Made by a program: the position numbers and the translations under genes. The notes below the pieces were generated by a model. That model worked only from the letters and a program-made list of their open reading frames with translations. It ran no database searches and had not been told where the DNA came from. 64,000 bases of DNA from Phoronis australis (lineage: Eukaryota > Animalia > Phoronida), in assembly GCA_002633005.1 (NCBI GenBank), contig NMRA01000033.1:1416797-1480796 (forward strand), written 5' to 3'. Every line of letters starts with the position of its first letter. Positions within the stretch are counted from its first letter, which is position 1. Positions 12,570 through 24,800 of the stretch are shown piece after piece.

Positions 12570-15500
12570 CAAGAAGATATTCCAGGTTGTCAAAAAACGA
12601 GTATATATTTAGCTACCAAAGTTTTATACAGCAATTAAAAACCTCCTAGATTTAATCAGTTGAGATAATGAACCATTTGTAGAGTTTCGAAAGTTTTCCC
12701 AAAAGTGCAGGAAAGTAAATCAAAAAGACACCCTTTCGTAGAAAAACTGGTTACAAAATAGTCATTCTTTTGAACGGCACAACTTGTATACCTCCAATAT
12801 GCAACAAAATGTAAATGTGATGAATCTTGAAAACCTTTGAAGTTACTACATGCAGATAATTTAGATTTTTCATAGCCTACAATGCAAACATTTTGTTTGC
12901 TCACCAATTCCTCTTGTCTACCAGTTGACCTTTGTGAGAGCAAAAGAAAATAACAAATTTTGCTCTTGAAGTACAAAAGAAAAGAAATTGTTCAGCTTGA
13001 AGAAAGTAAAAAGAAAAGAGGGACCCACTCGATTTTCCTGGAAAATCTATTTGCTTTAAAAACACAACCATTTTTAACTATGAGCACAAATTTTGGCCTT
13101 GTGAATTAAAAAATCACAAGGGTACAGCCACCTGGGAAAATAATGCACTACCAGGCAGGCCTACAAGGTATACAGAACTAGGGCTTGGATGCTTGGATAT
13201 CCTATTTCTACCTTTGCTTTGACCGTTTTGCTGTCAAGATAGGCCATTTTTTGACTTTGCTTTTTCCATTTTTATAGAACCAGAACCATGTCCCATAGGT
13301 GCGGGAGAAGTTTCACCAATCAGAGGCGACTCTCTAAACACAAAGAACAAATTTACAACATGAACTTGTGAAAGTCCAGATGGGATATCGAAAAGGGACA
13401 ATTGCTGCGACTGGTGGCCATGAAAAGCAGTGACTCACTGTCAGTGAACACTGCCCCTGGCTTGGGCCGACGACCCAAACGAAGAACGGAAATTAGTTAA
13501 TCGGGGAAGAAAGTGTGAAATCCATCTTTTACGTACCGTTACAAATTACTGACCATGGTACTCGATCGAACCAAGCGCTGAACCACTACTTGACTTCGAA
13601 AAGTTCACTTAATCTGCATATTGGAAATCATTTTGTTGATTAACCTTAAAGTCAGACAGTCACGTGACTCAATGATCGTTGGAATTATTGGTATTTAGAT
13701 AATTAATATTCAAGAGCCAAACATTCAGCCATAGTTTTTGTAAAATGTCAAATTAAAGAATTTATAAATGATCAAAATTATCAATTTATTGGCTATAATT
13801 GTTTAAATATCCATAGAATAGAACATAATTTGAAACTGTGAAGAATCAACGTTGACCTGTTTTCTCTCACCTGTTGTGACCTACATTTTAAAGACGTTAT
13901 GACCTATATTTGAAAACGAACCGAGAGGACTGTTATGGCTTGATAGCTAACCATTTCGTTCGAGTGTTTGGTATAGGTGAGACCGTTGTGTATTATAGGC
14001 TCAAAAGAATGGGTAATTGCATCACTGGTTGCTGAAAGGTCATGGGATGGGAATCTTTTTCGATGAAATACTGAAAGTGTCATCGGTGCTTGTCTCCCGT
14101 CTTCCGAGCCGAGGTTCCAAACTAAACTAAGCTTCATTGACATTTACCCATACTCACTCAGCCTCAGGACCAGACAACAGAACCTGTTGATCCATAGGCA
14201 AATTCGGTTTACGGGTCTCCTGTGGACGCCGCACACCAGCCAGTCGAGGGCTACGTGTTGTCTAGTTGATTTATAGATATTTGATTATTGTTGGATATCA
14301 TTTAGCCTTGATGCAAAGCTGAAGGAAAGCAAAGATAAATATGGTCTTCACACAAAACTAGGTGTCATTATGACTCAGACCTGTCGATCTCACATCTCGC
14401 CCATCTTTTGTTAGTGTTTCTTTCATGTGGGATTGTGTTGTAATTGTAATCAGTTCCTTTGTGCAATCACTGCAAATTTTACTTTCTTGTTGGTCACAGT
14501 AAGCTTCAATGTAATACTTTATGTAAACTTTCAGATCAAATCCAACTAAAAATCCCAAAAAATTCAGAAAATTCCTGTTCATAACCATTGATTAATGCAT
14601 TTTCGACAGTGATGAGAGTGATGAAAGCTAAGTGAAATTCAGCTAAATGATTAACACGATGATCAAACTGTAGTTAGAGACTTGCAAGTTAACACTATTT
14701 GAACCTTGGTCAAGCACTTGACAACACAAACTGCACCCTTAAGAATTGATTAACATGAACCGCGGCCAAACAATCTGTTGTTTAACAAACAAATACAACA
14801 TTAAGACCAAGTTATCTTTTTCCCATGTGAATCAAATTTTATCCAATCATTTATCCGATAGTGACATTTTAGTAAATTTTTGAGACACCTGGCAGTGGAC
14901 TACTGAGAGCAACCGAGGTCAGAAGTTCTATAGTTGGACGGTGGCAAATCATATTGGGTCGGAAATGAAGAAAGCAGGACCTGGAATATTTTAACCAGGC
15001 TGCTCATCCAATCTTCGTATCCTTGTAGCTTTGGCAATATACTATTTTCAGTGACACTCGAGTATTTACCCTAAAATTGAAGCTCAACGAAAACCACAGA
15101 GAGGCACTGTGAATCATACCAGGCCTACCCCAGTTGGGAAGCACATCCCTAACAGTGTTTGAAATAGATGCTGACCCGGGGGCCGTGTATTTGCAGCCGG
15201 GCCAGTAATTTTACAAAATAACTTGGCACCTGGGCCAGCAAATTTTAGACTAACTTGTCCTGTTGGGCCAGCACATTTATTTGCTGAAGTTCGAACAATG
15301 ACCCCTAATCATTTGGGCTATTGCTTGCTGGTGTTCTATAGCTGCCCGGACAGTGGTATCGACCTCTTGCTCTTTTGTGCAGTGGACCCAACCTATGTGG
15401 CCTGTAAAGATCTGGTGCAATTTAGACAGTGGACCACCTGCAATCCTTTTTATCAACAAATAAATCAGTGCCAAAAAAGTGTACTATTCTGAAACATTTG

Positions 15501-15844
15501 AACAACCTTTCCAAAAACTGTTGTGCGTTATTTTCTTTCACATGCTTTCTGTCAGTTTTCATGATGGCAGAAAATGAATGCTAGCAAGAAAAACTATTTC
15601 TGAGATGGCAGACTGAGTTCATTTGCAGTTGCACATTTTATATTTCTTGTTTAGCTAGTAACGGCCATTTAGGCATAATTAATCTAATTGTGCCTCAATG
15701 GCCATAACAAGAATAAACTTTAAATCTATTACTCTATAGTTACCTTTTATTATGTAATTACAGAAACACAAAACGATGCAACTGAAACTGTTCTAATATT
15801 TGAACCCCCACCTGCAGCTATTGGTTTATTTTCAGGTAACTACC

Positions 15845-18800
15845 ATGGCAATCATAGACACTGAATCCATCGATGATATCAAGTCAAAATGGAACTTGGT
15901 GCAGTTTGCTTTTGCTTCTGTAATGGTCATCGACTTCAGAATGTTCTGGAACTTCTTGCCGATGATGAACAAATATGGAAGTAGGCAAATTATGGTTTAT
16001 TTTTAAAATGGGGCGTTCGGTTCTTACGAATGTCTGGGATCAGACTAGATCTGTTGCAATATTTGTCAAATGATACACTCAAGGATTATAGTTACTACTG
16101 AGGTCATGATAAAGAATTCTTAAGTTGGATGATTTTGTCAAATAACTGCAAAGCAACAACACCTTGGGTGCGTTTCATGAAAAGTGACTTACGACTTAAT
16201 TCAGAAAGTTGGTCTTGCGATCCGCAGGACTATTTCCGAAAAATATTTAAATCTCATTTTATGAAAAATTCAAAATTTGGGAATATACACGTTACTCACA
16301 ACTGCAAACTACTGATATATTTTTGAATAAATTATTTCTAGACACTATTTTTCCAGAATTACGTTGTTAAAGCTTTATTCTGCAGCTGTCAAGTGGGAGC
16401 TTTAGACTGAATTTCTGTCTTAAGTCTTGCGTCACTTTTCATGAAAAAGTCCCGTGGTGCATAGTGTGCCTTCTGTTTTTAAACCAGCATCTAAAGCAGG
16501 TTTGGGATAACATACAAAACGTACAAGTTTCATAGACATATTGTGTATGATTGTTACTTTTGGCTTTGTTTCATTGTGTCAATTCGTACTTCTCAAAATG
16601 GCCTCTTTGTGAAGATTGGCTTGATGCTATATGGTGGGTTTTCAGGTCTCTCTCTGGTTCCCTACTATGTTTTCTTGGTGTTACTGTGTGTGCCTATAGT
16701 GGGGGTTCAGACGAAACTTGGAGCTCTCACCAACAAGGGAATTGTGGGTATATTTGCTAAATATATACCCATTTTGAAGAGTAAGTAGCTTTTGATTTCT
16801 GGACTGGTAGTGTTTCTTAATGTGACAGTTTTTGTAAAGTTCATTTCAAGCCACTGTGTGTCAGCTAGTTGGGAAATGGATAAACTTGTAACATAAAAAT
16901 CAAAAAAAAAATATTCTGCCACTCCAGTACCAGGCTATGATATTCACCTTTGACATGTACAATGTTGTGGAACTATATAACACATGGAAGTTGCTTTTAT
17001 TTTCTATTACAAAGCTCGTGAAAGAAACACAATATTCACATGCAGTTCTTGTAACGACCTGTAAGCAAAACATGTGGTAGAGATTGATGAAATTGTAATT
17101 TTTGAATTTTTCGGTAGGTCACTGCATTGCAAAATATCGTTGTGTTTATTGTGATATCTGCACAGTATAAAATATGCTAATAGTGTGGTTTTATTTTTGT
17201 CGAGAAGTTTGTGAAAATGATGTTTATCCTTTCTGCCATATTGACATCTTAATCTGAGGCAGCTTTACCATTCACGAGCAACCTCTTTGCACTTACTTTG
17301 ATGTAAATGAGCCTTTCCCTTTTCCAGTGTTTGGAATAGCCGTGATGTTGCATAATATCATTGAGACTGTTTACTACGCCGTGTTTGCTTGCTGGACATT
17401 CTACTACTTATGGGCCTCAGTCGTGCCCAACTCCTGGGGCATGACCTACTCCAGTAATTACCCATGGACCGAGTGTTATAACACGTGGAATCTACCTGGC
17501 TGTGACAGCAGGTAAGTTGGGGAAAATGAGAGCAAGGCTGTTATTTAAATATTGCTAGTTTCTCCTCGCCTATCCTCAGCTGGAATAGTTTTCCTTTTTT
17601 TCGTTGTCACACTCAATCTTGTTGCAAACACATTTCCTTTTCGCAGATTGATTGAGGTGCAATTATTTTACAGTGGGTCACATGGGGGTAAATATACTTA
17701 ATGTTAATGTATGACTTAATTTGAAGGAGTTGGAAATCCATACCTGGGGCAAGGTTTAATCTCCGAACTCCGGCTCGACTCAGAGTCAGACTCAAACAGC
17801 TATGTCCATGATTGAGTACAACAAAGTTACAAAGTTGTTGTGTCATTCGTCAGATTTCGAATTGAATTTTGTCAAATACAGAGTAGACTCCGGGTCTGTT
17901 CCCTGTTTCATCAAATATAGAGTCGACTGCAGGCCCTCATCTCTGTTTTATCAAATACAGAGAGTAGACTCCGGGCCCTGGTCCCTGTTTTATCAAATGA
18001 AGAGAGTTGGCTCCAGACCCTAGTCCCAGTTTTATCAAATACAGAGAGTAGACTCCGGGCCCTGGTCCCTGTTTCATTGGTTGCTGTGAGATTACTTCCT
18101 TGTCTTGTTCATATGCACTGCAGAGATTCCTTTTGGGTTCATGTTTGTATTTGTTGACCTCAAGAGAATCAGTTATTTGGAAATACTGTCGCGTTATGGT
18201 AAATATTTTCTTTTTTCGTATGCAATGTTTGTGTCATTTATCATGGTTTAGGATGACGTACGGCTTTTATTAACTTAACGTCGTGATGGGGATTATGACT
18301 GTACACCATTGTTGTTTCAGTCACAGGGGATGGGTCAGGAAGGATAATCCATCTGAGGAATTTTACACGTAAGTACTCTCAACCATATCTGTGATGATGA
18401 TACCAGTTTCAGGCAATATCAGTCCTTGGGGCAATATATGTTTATATAATTATCTTAGTAGCAATTTTTGCCCAAATTCCAAAAATTTTATAAGGTCCAA
18501 AAGTGGTTAGTCAACACAATAACTGAAAGATATTAGATACCTTGTTCACAAAAATTGTCCGTTTTTTTCAGTATTTCACATGTCGAGCAAAATACCTCAT
18601 ATTTATTGTCGGGAACTTCAAAAATGAAATATATAACACGTAACGTGGAACTTTGTTTACCACTTACTTATCCAAAGTCAAAGGTTATGGAGCTGTCACT
18701 CAAATCGAACCCCTACCAGGCATACTCAGTTGTACCCACAGTTCACAGTTCTTTCATTCACTGGGTCGCCATATTGAGTCAACGAGGTATACATAGCGTA

Positions 18801-21800
18801 GAAAGATGCTGTGGAAAACGACAGTTGATAATGTATGATGAATGCACAGAGTCGCTGCATGGCATCTGATACTTTTTGTTTTCATGAACCTTCTGTCAAA
18901 TAAAAAATCACACACTAAATGGAATGGATATATATATGTATATTGACCTCTTTAATACCGGGCTGATTTTCGTATTTCAGTCGTCAGATGCTTGCCTTAT
19001 CCGACGGCATTGACATTCCAGGTGGTATGGGCTGGGCATTGCCTGTGTGCTTACTCATTGTGTGGGGCATGGCTCTTGCTATGACCTTCTGGGGCGTCAG
19101 ACTCTATGGCAAGGTAGGTGCCAGTGGATTGAGAAACACCCACACGGCTGAAATTCAGTATCTGAAGTCTTCCTCAATTATAATATACTAGTATATATCT
19201 GCATAGATCTGTTGTTACTAGAGCCAGGTAAGTTGTAGTTTTAACATTTATCCCAAACGTTGTTCCGCTCAACATTCTTGGGGGGAATACGACCACCTCT
19301 TCCCCACTTTCTGCAACATTGATATTTATTTCTATTGTACATCTAAGCAATATAATGGGGTATTGTACTGTGCCATGGTGTATTATACTGTCTTTCTTTC
19401 TCTTCTTTACAATTCACAGTCGAATTCGAGTATTTCAAAATGATTCCCATTCATTCCCTTGTATATATTGATTCACTCACTAGTAAGACCAAGCTCAGAA
19501 GAGTAGGAGACACTTTTTGTGCAATGCTCGATTGTCTGTCAGTAAAGCCAGGATTCAAACTGGGGTCTCACAAATGGGAGTCCGGAGCTCAAACCACCGA
19601 GCCACACTGTCTTGTAACATTCGTAACTGACATCTCAGTACATGGTGGAGATAAATCTTCTTTTCTCAGATTCTGTACTTCACCGTGCCCATCTCCTTCG
19701 TCTGCATGATTGTGGTCATGGTCTATGGCAACTCCACCCTCAGTCCAAGTGGCATCACCGCTGAGTCCTACAAGTCTTTCTATGCTCTGAAGAAAGAAGC
19801 TAAGCTTTCAGACATATGGGTATGGGTAGATTTATACCACTAGAACGTGCCAAAACTGGCCTCATTTTGGAAAACCTGTGAAATTTCAAAAGGTGTTTCC
19901 ATGCATGGAAAATTCCATGGAAAGTGAAAAAAAGGATTGTACCTGGTGGAAACTTTCACAGAATAATTAAAAACTTTGTTTTGGATGTTCTTGCATTGAT
20001 TGTGTTTGACAACACTTTGTGAACAAAAATACGAGACTGTTTTTTATGGAAAAAATCTTAACACGCAAATGGAAATTATATGGAATGAGAACGCAATATC
20101 AATGTTGAAATCCAACATTGATTTAGAATGTAGTAATAATGTTTGATGGTTTTGTAGAGCACGCTGTATGTATTTCATTTGGTTGTCAAATTTTATTTGT
20201 TAGGTAACTATCTGCGCCATGGATGGGATATTGCTACTACCGACATTGATTCTCGTGCAGCTGTGTACTTATCAATTATGCACTATATATCAGTATTAAG
20301 AACATATTTATTATTTTTTTCTTAAATAATGTGATTTCATAATCAATTTGAATTATCGTGATCAAAATTATTATAGTGTATGTGAATGTCATCAAGTTAC
20401 CGTTTTCTATTTTCAGTTGTGGGTGCTTAGCTTTTACCAGCACTATTTTTCATTAAAATTGTGGCTTGGCATATTCCCTTCCATGGGCAAATACCATGGC
20501 TATGGACGCAAGACAATGAACATGTGAGTTGGCTTGTTAGTCTGTGCAGTGGATGTAACTTGCAAGATGGAAAACAAAAACATCTGCATCATGTCAACAA
20601 CGAAATGCTTTACCAGCAATGTTTATTTTACGCGTAGTTTTCAAAATAAACCGGGCATCTTAATTAGGCAAAGTTTTGATGAACTAAGCTATGACAAAAT
20701 ATCTATTTCATTTCCAGTGGAACCCATTTCAATTCTGGCTAAATCTCGCACCACGCAGTTTGTTGATGTCGCACGAACTTGCTTTGCAACTCATGTCATA
20801 TACAAAGTTCAACTATCAGCTATCCTCACTAACATAGCATTAAATTCTATCTAAAATTCAAAATAACATACCATTTTATTGCGGCAATGGTTCAACTCAA
20901 CTGCCAAATAACTGTGGGAAGAAGTTGGATCACATTTCGCTGAATCTTCAACAGATTTCTGTAAATTTTAACAGGTTCATTTTGAAAATTACTGTTTTCA
21001 ACTAACAGAAATCCAATTCTGATGGCAGCAATTGAACCCCAATCGTTACCCCGTTCAGAAACTGAGTTCACTCATTATCTCCGTTTTGAGTACCAAACTT
21101 GCTTTATTCAAATTCAAAGTTGACAATTTCAACTTTCTCATGTTTCTTGCTGTGTTTGGCAAAAATGATGTTAGGCATTGTGAAAAACAAACTTTCTAAA
21201 ATTCTTGACATTAGGCCTGGTTTGTGTTTGCATCAATTTTGAATCTGTGATTCACTTAATGGAAACATGCATGACTACATCTTTTTTCTAAAGTGTTACA
21301 AATATATTCCTGTTTTAATAGTTTTTTAGCATAGTAGCTAGTCATCTCAGCTGTTGTTCCTGCCTTAAGTGACTATGAATCTACGATGTAGAAAGGGTTT
21401 TCTTTTAATTAATAGGGAGTGAAGAAAATATGATTGTGTGAATCACCGCATCAATTTTCAAAACAATCATATCAGAATGACATACTTTTGCTTTTTGTCA
21501 TCATTTTGTCATCATTGATTTAAGAGTAAATGACCTTGACATGGTAATTTTTTACCTCTATGTTCCCAGGTCTTGGTTGATTATTCTCGGTGTCTATCTC
21601 ATCTTCCCTCATGCCGCTGTACTAACGATGGCGCCGTTCTTTGGAAACTTGGCTCATCAACTACAGATCAATGTTCCAGACGAGTTTGTTAAAGAGCTCG
21701 GAGGTAAGCATATCAATCTGCTACTGTTCTAACTGATTTTTTGTCAAACATTGCTGAAGAGGAACCATTTGTGTTTTCATTGAGTTTTACCACCCCCCCC

Positions 21801-24800
21801 CCTCCCGTTTTCAAAAGTGAAATTTGAGCGTTTGTCCCTTTTTAGTTATTTCCTTCTTTAATTGTGTTGCATCTGCTTCTTGTTATAACTGGGTAAAGTT
21901 CAATAACGCTAGGACCTCACTAGAAAAGCTAGACTTTGCGAGATTACCTGAGATATTACCATGTATTTTAAATGAGAACATGTGATTTTGGCTATATTTT
22001 TCGAGCTGCTAGGCAGTTACTGAACTCTACCCTGGTCCAGGAGGCACGTCCAAATATTCTGTACATTATCAGTTTCTTGTCATACTTGCAGTCGTTTTGT
22101 TTGATGTATTCTCAGATCACGTAACCATTTTACTTTCAGACATCAAGCTCCTTTTCATCGAACCTAAGCTACTCTTTGTCTCCTTCACCGAGGTGTTTGG
22201 TGCTAACTCAGACTTCAGTGCGGCCATCTTGTTCTTGTTTTATGCCATGCTATTTTTGTACGGTCTTCAAAATGTGGTAAGTTTATCGAATACGGGTTTG
22301 AAGCTTGATTGGGCATTGATTACCCTGTGTCAAGTGACTACTAAAACTGACTAGTTGACAGAAGAAATAGACTTTGTTCAGTTATTAATATGTGGTAGTG
22401 AAGATATACAAGAAAAGGTCCAGTTCTGACACTAAGTGACTTGAAGAAAAACATGCTTCATAAATTTACACTTTATCAGTGTAATTTGAAAAATTATAAG
22501 GATATTCGGACTATAATAGGCTTTTTTAATATTTAGGTCCGTGTGACTATATGCATGATATGCATTTTCAAGGACTTATGTTACCCGAGTGTTTTGTGAA
22601 TGGGCCTAAGTTTCCCTCAGCACAGGCAGCCGTCCCTAGTATGTGTGCATGCTTGAAATTGGATGTTATTTGTGAATTTTGTCAATGCATCATATTTTTA
22701 TTGAAATTCAGTGTTAGATTGAATGCATCTCAATATCTGCCATTGTGTAATGGATGCATTTCACTCACATAATATACTACAACTTGGCTACGATTTTGCT
22801 CAATTTTTTTCATGTATATTAATGTGTCTTGTTCCGGATATAGGCACAGCTTCATATCTTATAGGCACACGAGTCTAAATAATATGCTTATATACAGTAT
22901 ACTTGCTAGTTTTCAGCATTTGTCATTTGCCACATCATCATGATATGAATGACATCTAGTGATGTTAACTGGAACTATTCTAATGCTCCTTTTGGGATCA
23001 TTATTTTGTTTCGTTAATTTTAGAGTTTTAACTTGTCAAATTCAATGGCTTTAATGTATCTTTTCATGAATTGCTATTTTTGAATTTTGAAATTTTTTCT
23101 TACATGTATGATTTCCGATTGAAAAATAGAACAGCTGAGGTGTTTCATTACAATTGGTCGTTCGGTGAAAATGAGGCTGTCAAGACATTAATTCACTATA
23201 TTGGTTTTTCTAGACGATGCGAGTGCTGGTCATTATCGATTCCTTTGAAGACTTGTTCCCTCGCCTGGAGGGACGACGTATCTACAGACTCATCTGTACC
23301 TCTGTCTTCTGCGTGACAGCCTTCTTACTGGGACTACCACTTGTAACTAGAGTGAGTACCCAACAGGCAGCATGGATATCACTTTCTTCAGTTTATGCAG
23401 TTTCCAAAAAAAAGAAAAATAATGTTTATGTTGCCTTGTTGTGCCAAAAAAAAAATGCTTGATCGGTTTTGATCTACACCCGAAAAATAAAACCCACCCA
23501 CATATCACTTTTAGTGTAAAAGTTCTTTTTTCAAAATCTACACAAATACATCTAACACATCACGGGACCACTGAAATGATGAAAAATATTACATAATAAA
23601 AGCTATTATTGTATGACTTGAAAAATGTACATCTAAAGGAACACTATATCACTGACCAGTTATCAAAAATTCAGTTCTGAACCCATTGATGCTATTCTAG
23701 GTCCTTGTGATTCAAGTACAGTGAAAAATATTCAAGAAGATTCAGCATTTTTGTTGATTCAAACCATTATTTTAAATCAAAATTTCTCTTGTAATGTCTG
23801 CCATGTTGTGTGCTAAATGGGCAAAAACATACGATAATACTGAGGATGTGTTTTCAATTGATTGTAAAGCGCCATGTCTGTCTCGTTTCAGGGCGGATAC
23901 TATCTGATATTTTTGATAGACAGTTATTTGTATGCTAGTCTCTTCTTGACAGTCCTTTTCTGTACTGGCAGCTTCATTATTGCCTATGGTAAGTAAGAAT
24001 AGTTATCTGGTGCCTGGCTGTTAAGATGTGAGAAAAGTTAAAGGTGGCTACAAAAGCTCGTTTCGTCCAAGAAGTAAACTTGATCTTGACCATTTTCCGT
24101 GGTAAAATTGGTCTCGACGTGTTCAGATGACAAACTTGTGATTTTTTGTTGCGCAAAGTGCCGACAGTTCGTTATTTCTTTAGATCACGATTGGTGCACA
24201 AATGACACGCCGCGACAAGCCCAACTTGTAGAGGCTGGTCTCGAGCAGTAACGGAATCTCTCAGATTACCTCCAGTTTGGCTATAAAGGACAATATGAGA
24301 CCAATTTCATAATGGTTGGTGATCTACACCAAAGATTGGGTTTTGTGGTGGAAGGCAGGTTTTGAGCCACTTTACTTTCAAATTTGAGTTAAGAACATTT
24401 ATGGTTATAATCTAAGGCTATCAATGTATTCTCTATGACTAATTGGCTAAAATTGGGATCACTTAATTTTTGCCTTCTCTAAAATTGTATTTAAGTCGAC
24501 TTACAGGCTTTTGAAGATAGCACTGGATGTTACTGTAGATGGCAGTTTTGTTTCATGGCCAGTCCATTAAACTGTGGACAGTTGAGACCATGTGTGATCT
24601 GTTAAGGAACTTTTAATTGTTGAAAAATAGATATTAAATCACAGGTTGGCTTTGAATGTTACTGCTAGCAATGTTAGAATCTATCTGGTTGACCTGTCTA
24701 GATCTTGCTAACAGACGCTAAGAACTCATATTTGTGACAATTGACTGGCTCTTCCACCAGATATGTCTTTTCACACTGCTTTTGACTGTGTTACAGGTAA

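Noticed and set aside
13430-14260. Possible SINE or structured ncRNA between the macrodomain and SLC6 genes
   Set aside because: GC-richer patches are present, but I could not verify any family motif, termini or second copy in this window.
19540-19605. tRNA gene
   Set aside because: Only A/B-box-like motifs are present, with no convincing acceptor or anticodon stems; treated as a SINE relic.
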